Shown: positions 37,851-48,501, counted from the stretch's first letter. The stretch is DNA of 52,751 bases from Eubacteriales bacterium (GCA_045651785.1 JAZRTE010000049.1:1-52751), one strand, 5' to 3'. Notes: a model not told the origin generated them from the letters alone. Numbers and translations: made by a program.

Positions 37851-40583
37851 ATGTCAGACAAGGAAAAGCTTGAAAACGCAGGGGATGACGGAAAAGCCAC
37901 CCGCAATTTCGAACCCGTCAACGAACCGCAGGCCGAAGGCGGACATACAAAAACCTTCGACACCGTCGACGGCAAGGAAAAAGCAGACAGCTTAAACGAT
38001 ACGGATGAAGCCGAGGAAAAGGAAGGCAACGAGCTTACCGCGCGCGCGGCAAAGGCCACCTTTTCGACGGTTATGTTTGCATTCCGCAAGGTGTCGACCT
38101 ATTTGCTGAATATATTGCTCACGGTTTTGCTTGTGGGCGTTATTACCGGCGCAGTAGTGGCGATCTGCTTCGTATTTTATATCAAGGACTATGTTGACCC
38201 GAACTTTACCGGCCTTGATAACCTTAAGTTCGACTCGGCACTTTCGACTACTATGTATTACGTCGACAAGGACGGCAACGAGGTTTTGATGGAGGAGGAT
38301 ACCCTCGTCAGCAGCGAAAACCGTCTATGGGCAAGCTATGCCGATATTCCGCAGGACCTTATCGACGCATATATCGCGGTCGAGGACCAGCGCTTTTTCG
38401 AGCATAACGGCGTTGATACGACAAGAACCGCCTCGGCAATATACAATTTCTTTATTCCCACAAGCTCAAGCTACGGCGGCGGCTCGACGATAACTCAACA
38501 GCTTATCAAAAACGTCACGGGCGAAAATGAGGCGACCATCCAACGTAAGGTGCAGGAGATATTCCGTGCACTTGACGTCGAAACGAAATATACCAAGGAA
38601 GAGATATTGGAAATGTACCTCAACACCATTTATCTCTCGCATAATTCCTATGGTGTACGCGTTGCCGCAAAGACGTATTTTAACAAGGAATTGCACGAAT
38701 TAACGCTTGCCGAATGCGCGTCGATCGCATCTATCGGCAAATGGCCGACTCACTACGATCCTATTTCCAACCCCAAAAACAACCTTACGAGAAGAAACCT
38801 CGTCCTCAAGCTTATGCTTGAGCAGGGCAAGATATCGCAGGAGGAATTCGACGAAGCCTATGATGCACCGCTTAACCTCGGCGGCGATAAGGAAGAGGAT
38901 ACCTCGGGCAAGATACACTCCTATTACATCGACGCGGTAATGGATGACGTTATCGACGATCTGATGGCGGAATACGGATATGACGAGCTTACCGCATCGC
39001 AAATGCTTTTCGCGGGCGGCTTGCAGATAGTCACCTGCCTCGATCCCGTTATTCAGCAATGCGCCGAAAAGGTATTTACCGACAGCACGTATTGGCCTGA
39101 AACCTCGGGAATGCAGGCACAATCGGCACTGTGCATCATCGATCCCGAAACCGGCAATTTGTTGGCGATAGTCGGCGGCTTGGGCGAAAAACGCGAAAAC
39201 CGCGGTCTTAACCGCGCAACGCAATCCTACCGTCAATGCGGTTCTTCGATAAAGCCTCTTTCGATCTATGCCTACGCCATCGATAACGGATACATTTCGA
39301 CAAATACTCCGCTTGACGACGTGCCCCCCGTTTATTATGAAGAAAGCGAAAGCTATTGGCCGAAAAACTCGAACGGCAAATATCAGGGCTTCGTTTCGCC
39401 CTCTTATGCGATTCAGGCATCGCTCAATACCATCGTTGTCCGCCTTTGCGAGCAAATGGGCGTTGAAAACGTATACAACAACTTCAAAAATTACGGCTAT
39501 ACCACGTTGGTCGATTCCGTGACACTTTCAAACGGAACAGTGCTTTCGGACATCAACACGTCTCCGCTTGCACTCGGCGGTATGACCTACGGCGTTACCG
39601 TGCGCGAGCATACACAAGCCTACGCTACGCTCGCAAACAGCGGTATCACCTCGAAGGCAAGAACCTATTCCGAGGTACGCGACAGCAACGGCAGAGTTAT
39701 TCTCGATAACAAGGAAGAGCACACCGTTAAATATAAGGAGGGCACGACCGCAATACTCACCGATCTGCTCAAAGGAGTGGTTTCCGGCCCCTACGGTACC
39801 GCAAGGGCAAGGATCACCTTCTGGAAGAGCTTTGAAGGTCTTGAGGTAGCGGGCAAGACCGGTACGACCAACGATAAAAAGGACGTTTACTTTGCGGGTT
39901 ATACTCCCGATCTTGTGGCTTGCTGCTGGTACGGTTATGACCGAAATCAGGTGATTACCGCCTCGGGTAACCCTGCGGCAGACCTTTGGAACGCGGTCTT
40001 TAAGGAAATTTATACCTATTACGAAAAGAACGGCATCAGCTATCAAAAGGAATTTGACGTGCCCTCTACCCTCGTCGAGGACGTGGAATTCTGCGTTGTT
40101 TCGGGCAAGCGTGCAACCGATGCCTGCCGAAACGATCTTTATCATCTCCGTGGCGACGGTATGGATTGCGTTGTAACGGGTATGCTTTACGAGGATCAGA
40201 TCCCCACCGAGGAATGCGATGCTCACGTTATGGTAAAATGGGACACTGTGACGGGCGGCATCTGCTTCGACGGCTGTACCTGCCCTGCAGAAAACATTAT
40301 TAACGTAGGTCTTCGTAAGATAACGCTTGACTACCGCGCACTTCACGAGGGAGTTAAGGTTACCGATGCACAATATCTTTATATGGATATTCCCGAAGGC
40401 TACGTTTTCCCGTTAAGCCCCGACGTTCCTTATTTTCAAAATCTTCTCCCCGAGGGATACAATTTCGGCAGTGCAACGTCAACAAAGCCTGCAAACCGCA
40501 TTTGCACCGAGCACTATCATCCCGCGCCGAATATACCCGTCGTTCCCTCGATCCCCGATACGGAAGAGCCTGTAATACCTTAA
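37851..40583 (+). CDS. Class A penicillin-binding protein (PBP1A, transglycosylase/transpeptidase)
   Basis: EDQRFFEHNG, GGSTITQQLIKN, RKVQE, EILEMYLN, SSIK (SxxK), SLN, KTGT. Confidence 0.95.
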   Translation: MSDKEKLENAGDDGKATRNFEPVNEPQAEGGHTKTFDTVDGKEKADSLNDTDEAEEKEGNELTARAAKATFSTVMFAFRKVSTYLLNILLTVLLVGVITGAVVAICFVFYIKDYVDPNFTGLDNLKFDSALSTTMYYVDKDGNEVLMEEDTLVSSENRLWASYADIPQDLIDAYIAVEDQRFFEHNGVDTTRTASAIYNFFIPTSSSYGGGSTITQQLIKNVTGENEATIQRKVQEIFRALDVETKYTKEEILEMYLNTIYLSHNSYGVRVAAKTYFNKELHELTLAECASIASIGKWPTHYDPISNPKNNLTRRNLVLKLMLEQGKISQEEFDEAYDAPLNLGGDKEEDTSGKIHSYYIDAVMDDVIDDLMAEYGYDELTASQMLFAGGLQIVTCLDPVIQQCAEKVFTDSTYWPETSGMQAQSALCIIDPETGNLLAIVGGLGEKRENRGLNRATQSYRQCGSSIKPLSIYAYAIDNGYISTNTPLDDVPPVYYEESESYWPKNSNGKYQGFVSPSYAIQASLNTIVVRLCEQMGVENVYNNFKNYGYTTLVDSVTLSNGTVLSDINTSPLALGGMTYGVTVREHTQAYATLANSGITSKARTYSEVRDSNGRVILDNKEEHTVKYKEGTTAILTDLLKGVVSGPYGTARARITFWKSFEGLEVAGKTGTTNDKKDVYFAGYTPDLVACCWYGYDRNQVITASGNPAADLWNAVFKEIYTYYEKNGISYQKEFDVPSTLVEDVEFCVVSGKRATDACRNDLYHLRGDGMDCVVTGMLYEDQIPTEECDAHVMVKWDTVTGGICFDGCTCPAENIINVGLRKITLDYRALHEGVKVTDAQYLYMDIPEGYVFPLSPDVPYFQNLLPEGYNFGSATSTKPANRICTEHYHPAPNIPVVPSIPDTEEPVIP

Positions 40584-40588
40584 AAATC

Positions 40589-40620
40589 AAAGAAGGCTGT
40601 CGAAAAACAGCCTTCTTTTT
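40589..40620. terminator. Bidirectional terminator
   Basis: AAAGAAGGCTGT / ACAGCCTTCTTT stem between convergent genes. Confidence 0.85.
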
Positions 40621-40635
40621 ATACATTTTTTCTTA

Positions 40636-41022
40636 TCAGTGCTCATCAAAAAATTCAAGCAATTCTCCATCGGGGCCGCAAACGAATGCGATGCGCATTT
40701 TTATTACGGGGGTAGCTCCCTCGGGCGCAACCTCACAGGGCTCGCGCATAGGCTTTGCTCCTGCGTTCAATGCCGCTTGGTATGCGCCGTCAACGTCATC
40801 GGTCTTGAATGCGAGGTGAAGAAAACGCTCGTCAACACGGTCGCGAGCCTCGCCGCGTCCGAAAATTTCGATACAGCCGCCGTCGCCCATATTCATCATA
40901 ACGGCTCTGCCCTCGCCTTCGCCCCAGCGAACGCGTTCGGTGAGTCCGATAGCCTTATAAAATTCAACGCTTTTGTCTAAATCGCTTGCATTAAGCGCGA
41001 TGTGGTGAAATCCCTTTACCAT
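40636..41022 (-). CDS. VOC/glyoxalase family protein
   Basis: FHHIAL, SVEFY, HLAF, GPDGELLEF; TAATG-coupled to ygiQ. Confidence 0.9.
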   Translation of the reverse strand: MVKGFHHIALNASDLDKSVEFYKAIGLTERVRWGEGEGRAVMMNMGDGGCIEIFGRGEARDRVDERFLHLAFKTDDVDGAYQAALNAGAKPMREPCEVAPEGATPVIKMRIAFVCGPDGELLEFFDEH

Positions 41023-42899
41023 TATCTTTTACCTCTTTTTTGATTTTGCGTTTTTTTATTGTTCGGCTTGTTGCTCGGTCTGCCGTTTTGCTTACCGTTT
41101 GTGGGACGTTTTTGAACGTTGACCGCGGGACGGACAAGACAATCGCGGCTGTGACCGATCAGGTCTTCCCTGCCCGCTTTTATCAATGCCTTACGTACAA
41201 GCGGCGCGTTTGCGGGGCGGGCAAATTGAAGCAATGCACGTTGCATCTGCTTTTCCTCGTAATCGCGCGCGACGTATATCTCCTTCATCGTCATCGGATC
41301 GTAGCCCGAATAGAACATACAGGTCGACGCAGTACCCGGCGTGGGATAAAAATCCTGCACCTGCTCGGGATTTAGGTTATTTTTCTTCAGATAAAGCGCA
41401 AGCTCGATTGCAGATTCAAGTGTGCTTCCGGGGTGGGAGGAAATCAGATAGGGAACGATATATTGCTCCTTTCCCGCTTCCTTGGTGAGTGTGGCAAACT
41501 TCGCCTTGAATTTATCGTATTCCTCGATAGGCGGCTTACCCATAAGCGCAAGCACGTCGTTACAGCAATGCTCGGGCGCGACCTTTAAATGACCGCTAAC
41601 GTGATCGTTAACAAGCTTACGGAAGAATTTGTTATTCTTGTCGGCAAGGATATAATCGTATCGCAAGCCCGAACGGATGAATACCTTTTTAACACCCTTA
41701 ACCGCTTCAACCGCCTTTAAAAGCTCAATATATTCGCTGTGATCGACCTGCATATTCTTGCAAACGGTCGGAGTAAGACAGTTTTTGCCCTTGCATACGC
41801 CAAGCTTTTTTGCCTTTTCACAGCCGTTGGTGCGGAAATTCGCACTCGGGCCGCCGACGTCGTGGATATAACCCTTGAAATCGGGCATTTGTGTTATCTT
41901 TTCAGCCTCTGCAACGCAGGATTCGATCGAGCGCGAGGTTACCGTCCGTCCCTGATGGAAGGCTATCGAGCAAAAATTACATCCGCCGAAGCAGCCGCGG
42001 TTGTGGGTCACCGAGAATTTGACCTCCTCGATCGCAGGTACTCCGCCCACAGCTTCATAAGTGGGGTGATACGTTCTCATATACGGAAGTGAATAAACCG
42101 CATCGAGCTCTTTTCTCGTAAGCGGAGGCATCGGAGGATTTTGAACGAATATCTTTTCGCCGTAGCCTTCGATTATCGCCTTGCCGTAAATATGGTCTTG
42201 GTTGTCGGATTGAATTTTATACGCCTGCGCAAATGCGCGTTTATCGTTCTTTATATCGTCGAATTCTCCGCAGAATACCGAATCGAAATGCGGAACGAAA
42301 TCGCGCTTTTCCAAGAAGCATGTACCGCGCACGTCGCGAATCTTGCGTATCGGCACACCCTTGTCGAGCAGGAAGGCAAGACGTCTTAAAATATTTTCGC
42401 CCATACCGTAGGTAAGCATATCGGCGCGTGAATCGACAAGCACGCTTCGGCGAACGCTGTCCGACCAATAATCGTAATGCGCAAAACGGCGAGTTGACGC
42501 TTCAAGACCGCCGATGACTATCGGCACGTCACCGAACGCCTCGCGGATTCGGTTACAATATACTATAACCGCGCGATCGGGACGCTTGCCTATCTTACAT
42601 CCGGGAGAATAATAATCGTCGTTACGGCGCTTTTTCGATGCGGTATAATGCGCGACCATCGAATCGATATTGCCTGCGTTGACTAAAAATGCCAAACGAG
42701 GGCGACCGAAACGCATAAAATCGGTCTTGCTTTTGTAATCGGGTTGGGGTATAATTGCAACAGAATAACCCTCAGCCTCAAGCACGCGCGAAATTATCGC
42801 TGTGCCAAACGACGGATGGTCGACGTATGCATCGCCCGTAACGATAACGAAATCGGCCTGATAATCTATTTCATTCGCAAAAATAGGCAAAAAAGGCAT
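41022..42899 (-). CDS. YgiQ family radical SAM protein
   Basis: GDAYVDHPSFG, RGCFGGCNFC, DVGGPSAN, LKVAPEH, QVQDFYPTP. Confidence 0.95.
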   Translation of the reverse strand: MPFLPIFANEIDYQADFVIVTGDAYVDHPSFGTAIISRVLEAEGYSVAIIPQPDYKSKTDFMRFGRPRLAFLVNAGNIDSMVAHYTASKKRRNDDYYSPGCKIGKRPDRAVIVYCNRIREAFGDVPIVIGGLEASTRRFAHYDYWSDSVRRSVLVDSRADMLTYGMGENILRRLAFLLDKGVPIRKIRDVRGTCFLEKRDFVPHFDSVFCGEFDDIKNDKRAFAQAYKIQSDNQDHIYGKAIIEGYGEKIFVQNPPMPPLTRKELDAVYSLPYMRTYHPTYEAVGGVPAIEEVKFSVTHNRGCFGGCNFCSIAFHQGRTVTSRSIESCVAEAEKITQMPDFKGYIHDVGGPSANFRTNGCEKAKKLGVCKGKNCLTPTVCKNMQVDHSEYIELLKAVEAVKGVKKVFIRSGLRYDYILADKNNKFFRKLVNDHVSGHLKVAPEHCCNDVLALMGKPPIEEYDKFKAKFATLTKEAGKEQYIVPYLISSHPGSTLESAIELALYLKKNNLNPEQVQDFYPTPGTASTCMFYSGYDPMTMKEIYVARDYEEKQMQRALLQFARPANAPLVRKALIKAGREDLIGHSRDCLVRPAVNVQKRPTNGKQNGRPSNKPNNKKTQNQKRGKR

Positions 42900-42979
42900 A
42901 ATTTTTCCTCATATATCTTATATTACTTATATCTTAACATCCATAATATAAAAAGTAAAGAAAAATCGAAAATTTCCTC

Positions 42980-43008
42980 TTGACAAATGTAAAACCGTAT
43001 GGTATACT
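42980..43008 (+). promoter_or_regulatory. Sigma-A promoter of perR-rubrerythrin (extended -10)
   Basis: TTGACA (42980-85), 17 nt, TATACT (43003-08) preceded by TG. Confidence 0.85.
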
Positions 43009-43009
43009 C

Positions 43010-43032
43010 TTAATAGTAAATATTACTATTAA
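43010..43032. promoter_or_regulatory. Palindromic operator, probable PerR/Fur box
   Basis: TTAATAGTAA-ATA-TTACTATTAA perfect 10-3-10 inverted repeat between the -10 and the RBS. Confidence 0.75.
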
Positions 43033-43042
43033 GGAGATGCCG

Positions 43043-43441
43043 ATGATAAAAGAGCGCACTACAAAGCAAAAAACGCTTATACTTTCAGCGGTGCAGGGTA
43101 CGAAAATTCACCCGACTGCCGAGCAAGTGCACGCGATGATCACCGATGCTGCACCTCATTTAAGCTTGGGTACGGTCTACCGCAACCTCAACCGCCTTGC
43201 CGAATCGGGCATTATCCGCCGAATTCCGGTCATCAACTCACCCGATAGGTTTGACGGCGACCTTACACCGCATTATCACATAAGCTGTACCGATTGTGGC
43301 AGTTTTTGCGATTTCTTCGATATCGATTACGATGCCGAATTGGACAGAGTTATCGAGGCTCGAAGCGGTTTTTCGATCGCAAAGCACGAAACCGTGTTTT
43401 ACGGCAAATGTCCGGAATGTAAAAATAAAGATTTAAATTAA
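43043..43441 (+). CDS. perR: Fur-family transcriptional repressor, PerR-like
   Basis: HPTAE, SLGTVYRNL, HYH..CTDC, CPEC; directly upstream of rubrerythrin; AGGAG RBS. Confidence 0.85.
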   Translation: MIKERTTKQKTLILSAVQGTKIHPTAEQVHAMITDAAPHLSLGTVYRNLNRLAESGIIRRIPVINSPDRFDGDLTPHYHISCTDCGSFCDFFDIDYDAELDRVIEARSGFSIAKHETVFYGKCPECKNKDLN

Positions 43442-43480
43442 AAAATAAAACAATCAACTATTTTAAAGGAGAAACAACAA

Positions 43481-44020
43481 ATGGAACTCAAAGGCAGCAG
43501 AACAGAACAGAATCTTATGACCGCTTTCGCAGGCGAATCTCAGGCGCGTAACAAGTACACCTACTATGCAAGCGAAGCTAAAAAAGCAGGTTACACCGTT
43601 ATCGCAGACATCTTTGAAGAAACCGCTAACAACGAAAAGGAACACGCAAAGCTTTGGTTCAAGCTTCTCCACGGCGACAAGGTTCCCGATACCGCAACTA
43701 ACCTTCTCGATGCGGCTGACGGCGAAAACTATGAATGGACCGATATGTACGCTAACTTCGCAAAGACCGCTAAGGAAGAGGGCTTCGACAGAATCGCTTA
43801 CCTCTTTGAAGCAGTAGGCAATATCGAAAAGGAACACGAAGAAAGATATCGCGCTATCCTTGAAAAGCTCAACGCAGAAACTATTTTCGTTTCCGAAGAG
43901 GTTCAGGTTTGGATCTGCACCAACTGCGGTCACGTACACGTTGGCAAGAAGGCTCCCGAAATGTGCCCCGTTTGCCAGCATCCCAAGTCCTACTTCCAAA
44001 AGAAAGTTAACGCGTTTTAA
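43481..44020 (+). CDS. rbr: Rubrerythrin
   Basis: [28 protein letters not shown]-terminal rubredoxin CTNCG...CPVC. Confidence 0.96.
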   Translation: MELKGSRTEQNLMTAFAGESQARNKYTYYASEAKKAGYTVIADIFEETANNEKEHAKLWFKLLHGDKVPDTATNLLDAADGENYEWTDMYANFAKTAKEEGFDRIAYLFEAVGNIEKEHEERYRAILEKLNAETIFVSEEVQVWICTNCGHVHVGKKAPEMCPVCQHPKSYFQKKVNAF

Positions 44021-44031
44021 TCAAGCATAAC

Positions 44032-44068
44032 AAAAACAAGCTTCTCGATTTGAGAAGCTTGTTTTTTT
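44032..44068. terminator. Bidirectional terminator
   Basis: AAAAACAAGCTTCTC / GAGAAGCTTGTTTTT 15-bp stem. Confidence 0.88.
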
Positions 44069-44083
44069 CTTGTATTGATAATA

Positions 44084-45376
44084 TTATGAAAATTTAACGG
44101 TATAAAAGGTATCCAAGCCGTTCGTGTATGACCAAACCGTCCAGGAAACGACCGTGTTTCGCGTGTCGACTCGCTCCATCGCCTTGCTCAAAACTTCCCA
44201 ATCGACGGAATGGCCGACGTACATCGCATATTGAACCGAGCGTTTCTCATCGATCCAACGGTCAATAAGCTCCTGCGCCATAGCATTTATATCGTTATAC
44301 GCCTTTTGGTAGCTGTATTCGGCACCGCCGTCGTGCATAAAATAAAAATATTTATCATCGCTGACGGTAACCAACGGGTAATATTCCATTTCGGAGCCCC
44401 AATAATATTCGAGCATTCGGTCCTTACCCGCATTGAAAAGGCGGTATGACGGAATGTATTCATCTCCGTCAGCCATACAATCGTTAAAGGTCACGTCGAC
44501 CGCATACCATTTGCCGTCAAGCAACACAGTGTTTAAAATATGCCAGCCTTCGGAATTGAAAACGTTCATTCTGCCGACCTTAAAGCCTGCGATCGAGCCG
44601 AGGACGTAAAAGGCATCGGTATATCCCTGACAATTTGCCCTTCCGTCCAAAAGCGCGCCGACCGCGGTAAGATGGCGCGGCGGATTTTTATGGTCGGGAA
44701 TGTCGGTAGCTCCGCCGTAATAGGTTATCTTTTCGGCAAGCATATCGTGAAGAGCAATTTCAAGCTCAAGCTTGTTTGTCGACCTCTGTCTTGCCGTATT
44801 TACCATTTCGATCGCCGTTTCCAAAGCAAGTCTTTCATCGGAATTAAGCTCCGATCGATCGCCGCTGAGATATGCATCGACTATTCTGTCGCCCGGATAT
44901 TCGACAACCGTGACCTTGTATTTTCTGTCCGAAACGGAGTGAAAAACTACGCAAGCCGATGAAATGCGCGCAAGCGTCGGGCCGTCAAGCTCGTACATAT
45001 TTCCGTTGTAAATAAATTCCGTATCAAAAATATCAAGCTCTTTTTGGTTGTTTATATAATCACGCACCTCATCGAGCGTGTCAAGCTCGACTATCGGCAC
45101 GTCGGTCGATTCGTCCGTTTCGGAAATTTCCTGCGACGTGTACGAGTATTCGCTGTGTTCACCGTATTCGCTTTGCTCAAAATCATTACTGTAATGCGGA
45201 TATGACGTATCGTCCCAAGAAGCCTCGGCATAGCTTTCCATCATACGCGACACTTCGTCTTGGAATTTATCGACTTCATCCTTAAGCTTATCCAAATCGC
45301 CCAACGGGAAAAAGCAACCTGTAAAGGCGATTGCGATTACCGAAAAAGCAATCAGTGAAAGCAGAATCTTTCTCAT
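44084..45376 (-). CDS. Lipoprotein with a transglutaminase-like cysteine protease domain
   Basis: Lipobox FTGC; triad GRANCQGY / WHILN / AVDVT. Confidence 0.82.
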   Translation of the reverse strand: MRKILLSLIAFSVIAIAFTGCFFPLGDLDKLKDEVDKFQDEVSRMMESYAEASWDDTSYPHYSNDFEQSEYGEHSEYSYTSQEISETDESTDVPIVELDTLDEVRDYINNQKELDIFDTEFIYNGNMYELDGPTLARISSACVVFHSVSDRKYKVTVVEYPGDRIVDAYLSGDRSELNSDERLALETAIEMVNTARQRSTNKLELEIALHDMLAEKITYYGGATDIPDHKNPPRHLTAVGALLDGRANCQGYTDAFYVLGSIAGFKVGRMNVFNSEGWHILNTVLLDGKWYAVDVTFNDCMADGDEYIPSYRLFNAGKDRMLEYYWGSEMEYYPLVTVSDDKYFYFMHDGGAEYSYQKAYNDINAMAQELIDRWIDEKRSVQYAMYVGHSVDWEVLSKAMERVDTRNTVVSWTVWSYTNGLDTFYTVKFS

Positions 45377-45384
45377 TAAAGCTC

Positions 45385-46971
45385 CTAAACCTCGGTTCGT
45401 TTTATTTCGTGCTCGCCGCCAACCAAGCCGACAAGCATTTTTCTTATTTCTTCCTCATCGAAAAATCTTGCGCGCAGCACAAGCGTATCGCCTACGTAAA
45501 GCTTCTTTTCGCCGTCATTATCCATATCCTTGCGCGTCTCGTCGGCACGCGTGACCGAAACGACGACCGATGCGGACGGCCACATAATATCTCTTACCGC
45601 CTTACCGACCACGAACGAGCCGTGTGCGACCTTCATCTCGAAGCAGGCGATGATCGGCTGACGGCCTTGATTTTGGGCGTGCTCCATTTTTTCGAGCGCG
45701 TAATCATAAAAGGGTGTGCGGTTGAGCATTTCGGTAATACAGGTCACCGTAAAAATAACAAGCGCGACGAAAAGAAGGTTCGTATACTGCCCGGTAAGCT
45801 CGATAAACAGCACTGCCGCCGTAAGCGGTGCGCGCAACGTACCGCCGATAAAGGCGCACATTCCCAAGAATACGACCGCAGGGAACAATTCGGCATCCAT
45901 TCCCATATAAACAAGCAATTTAGCGCAGATTGCCGAAAACGCCGCGCCTATTGCAAGCGTGGGGATGAAAATACCGCCCGTTACACCGCTGTCGGTAACA
46001 AAAAGCATCATCAAAAGGCGGATTGCGAAAAGCGCAACCAAAAACCAAACGGTTTTGTTGTTTTCCATAACGTGCTCGATTGTGTGATGTCCGCTGTATA
46101 AAGCGTCGCCAAAAACAAATGCCAATATACCCGTAACAACAAAAATGGAAACGAGCTTTACCGGCGCGGTTAAAAACCGCGAAAATCTTGCCGCAAATCT
46201 TGCAAAAAGCGAAATCGACGAATCGAAAAGCCCTACGGCGATTGCCACCAATAAGCCGAGCAACAGTAAATATCCGATATGCGAAAGCTCAAAATCGGCA
46301 AATTTTTCGATATGAAACAGATTTGCGCTTATGCCGAAAATTTGGCAAAGAAGCTGATTAACGTACGTTGCGGACACTACCGAAACCGAAACGGTAAGCA
46401 CAAGCATCGGGGTAAAGCGCTTGTGTATCTCCTCAAGCGCAAAAAGTATACCTGCCAACGGCGCGCCGGTTGCAACGGCAAAGCCCGCACCTGCACCGCC
46501 CGTCATTATATATCGGTTCCAAGTGGTTTTGTTTCTCGAAATATTTCCGCACATTTTGCCGACAGACGTGCCCATAAGAACGGCAGGGCCCTCGCTTCCC
46601 AAGGGAAGACCGCAAAGAAAGCTTACCATACTGCAAAAAAACGTGCCGATAAGCGTTCTGAACCAACGGAAGGACAGCACACCGCGCAAAACACCCTCGC
46701 TTCGCGGAATGCCGCCGCCCTTAATTTCGGGAGCTATGCGGTGAATGCCGTACATCAAAAGCGCAAACGCGATCAATGCCAAAAATACAAGCGCAATATA
46801 CGCCGGATTTCCGTTTGCTTCGGAATAAAGAAATTGCGACCATTCGGTAATCTTGTTTGCCGCTATTTTAAAAAGAAATATAAATGCGCCCGTAACAGAA
46901 CCGCAAATTACACCGTAGTATATACATGGGAAAACGTTTGCAATATATTCCTTGTATTTATAGTGCTTCAA
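45385..46971 (-). CDS. ClC-family H+/anion transporter with a C-terminal TrkA-C (RCK_C) domain
   Basis: GGGIP, LGSEGP, FALEE, GGIFIP, RAPLTA, C-terminal VVGKAVRDI...GDTL; TTG start. Confidence 0.9.
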   Translation of the reverse strand: MKHYKYKEYIANVFPCIYYGVICGSVTGAFIFLFKIAANKITEWSQFLYSEANGNPAYIALVFLALIAFALLMYGIHRIAPEIKGGGIPRSEGVLRGVLSFRWFRTLIGTFFCSMVSFLCGLPLGSEGPAVLMGTSVGKMCGNISRNKTTWNRYIMTGGAGAGFAVATGAPLAGILFALEEIHKRFTPMLVLTVSVSVVSATYVNQLLCQIFGISANLFHIEKFADFELSHIGYLLLLGLLVAIAVGLFDSSISLFARFAARFSRFLTAPVKLVSIFVVTGILAFVFGDALYSGHHTIEHVMENNKTVWFLVALFAIRLLMMLFVTDSGVTGGIFIPTLAIGAAFSAICAKLLVYMGMDAELFPAVVFLGMCAFIGGTLRAPLTAAVLFIELTGQYTNLLFVALVIFTVTCITEMLNRTPFYDYALEKMEHAQNQGRQPIIACFEMKVAHGSFVVGKAVRDIMWPSASVVVSVTRADETRKDMDNDGEKKLYVGDTLVLRARFFDEEEIRKMLVGLVGGEHEIKRTEV

Positions 46972-47080
46972 TTTAACACCTTCGTTCTCATCCTGATCTT
47001 TCGCACCCTATTATAAAACATAAAATCCGCTTTGTCGATATTTTTCGGTAATTTTTTTAATGTTTATGCGGTTAATTTAA

Positions 47081-47109
47081 TTGACAAAGCCGAGCCAATG
47101 CAGTATAAT
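47081..47109 (+). promoter_or_regulatory. Consensus sigma-A promoter
   Basis: TTGACA, 17 nt, TATAAT (perfect match). Confidence 0.85.
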
Positions 47110-47145
47110 AATGCATCATCAAACTAAAAAAGTGAGAGGCCGATA

Positions 47146-48489
47146 ATGAAAACCGTTAAATCCACCCGTATAAAAGCTTTTCTTTGTTTCGTTTTGTGCG
47201 TAGCCTTGTGCCTGCCGTTGCTTATGTCGTGCGGTAACGAGGAAACCGCAACGTCTTCGGTTGCCGAAGAATCCAACGGAAGCGCAGACGAATCCAAAGC
47301 AGAAGAAAGCTCTGTGAACTCGGTTGAATCGACAGAATCAATAGAATCGAGCGAAGCCGAAGAATCAAGCCAACCCGAAGAATCAAGCCAACCCGAACAG
47401 CAAGAAAAGGACAAGGTTGTGGTTGAAGGTCTTTTTACGGCAGAATTTGTCGACGAGGATGAAATTGCCGCGATCAAGAGCTTCCAAAGATATGAATCCG
47501 ATGAAGAATATAACATCATCACCGTTATGTTCACACCGGCTTCGGCTGTATATAACGTCAAGATCTTTGAAATCAAGGATGAGCTTGACGGCGAAGTGGT
47601 TATGGGCGACGTCCTTTTTGAAACGACAAGAGTAACCGACCAAAAGCCGCTCATTGCCGATATTAAGTTTTCCGACGTTATAGCTGTAAACGGCATTGCC
47701 TTTGACGATGAAAAGGGCAACAAATACTATTACAAAATCACTGACAGCGCAAAGGACGGCAGCTTGATCATGGCAGAAACGACAATCGCAAAGCAATCTT
47801 ATGAAGATGCAAAGCTCCCCGAAAAATCCTCCTATAAGCTCCTCTTTATAGGCAACAGCGCAACCTACGTTAACGATATCCCCGCTAACCTTGCAAAGGT
47901 CTGTGCAAGCAAGGGCATCACCATCACCCAAAAGCAGATCGTTCCCGGCGGACGCACTCTTGAACAGCACGCGGCAGACGCTTCGCTGTTTGCAGAAATC
48001 GCAAAGGGCTATGATGCGGTATTTATCCAAGAAAACGGCAACTCGATAGTCACCGAAGCCGAGCGCGCAAAGAGCTTAAAGGCAATCGAAAAGATCGGAA
48101 AAGCGGTTCACGAAAGCGGCGCGAAGTTCTATTTCTATGTAAGACCTCCTTACGGAAAGGACCTCGCAGGATTTAAGAACTTCGATCAATGCAAGGTGTT
48201 CGACGATCACTTCACCCCTGCGGCTGAAGAATATGAAGCCTCCTGCGTTTACGTAAACAGAGCTTTTGCTTACGCAATCAAGAATTGCGGCGGCAACCTT
48301 TGGGGCTCGGATAACGCGCACACCAACACTCGCGGCGGTTATCTCGCGGTTTGCACCTTCTATGCAACGTTGTTCGGAAAGAGCGCAACCGAGCTTGATA
48401 TACTGTTCAACCTCCCCGAAGCGGAAGCAAAGGAGCTTCAAAAGGCAGCCGACAAAATCGCCCTTGAAGGCGTTATTCCTTGGCAATAA
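47146..48489 (+). CDS. Lipoprotein: Ser/Glu-rich linker + unknown domain + SGNH-hydrolase (DUF4886-like) domain
   Basis: Lipobox LMSC; LLFIGNSAT, FIQE, DNAH (DxxH)...GGYL. Confidence 0.78.
   Translation: MKTVKSTRIKAFLCFVLCVALCLPLLMSCGNEETATSSVAEESNGSADESKAEESSVNSVESTESIESSEAEESSQPEESSQPEQQEKDKVVVEGLFTAEFVDEDEIAAIKSFQRYESDEEYNIITVMFTPASAVYNVKIFEIKDELDGEVVMGDVLFETTRVTDQKPLIADIKFSDVIAVNGIAFDDEKGNKYYYKITDSAKDGSLIMAETTIAKQSYEDAKLPEKSSYKLLFIGNSATYVNDIPANLAKVCASKGITITQKQIVPGGRTLEQHAADASLFAEIAKGYDAVFIQENGNSIVTEAERAKSLKAIEKIGKAVHESGAKFYFYVRPPYGKDLAGFKNFDQCKVFDDHFTPAAEEYEASCVYVNRAFAYAIKNCGGNLWGSDNAHTNTRGGYLAVCTFYATLFGKSATELDILFNLPEAEAKELQKAADKIALEGVIPWQ
47357..47397 (+). repeat. 18-bp in-frame tandem repeat (EESSQP x2)
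   Basis: CCGAAGAATCAAGCCAAC twice plus a partial third copy. Confidence 0.9.
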
Positions 48490-48501
48490 TTAAAACGATA
48501 T

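Noticed and set aside
43463-43999. 178-aa minus-strand ORF
   Set aside because: Antisense to rubrerythrin
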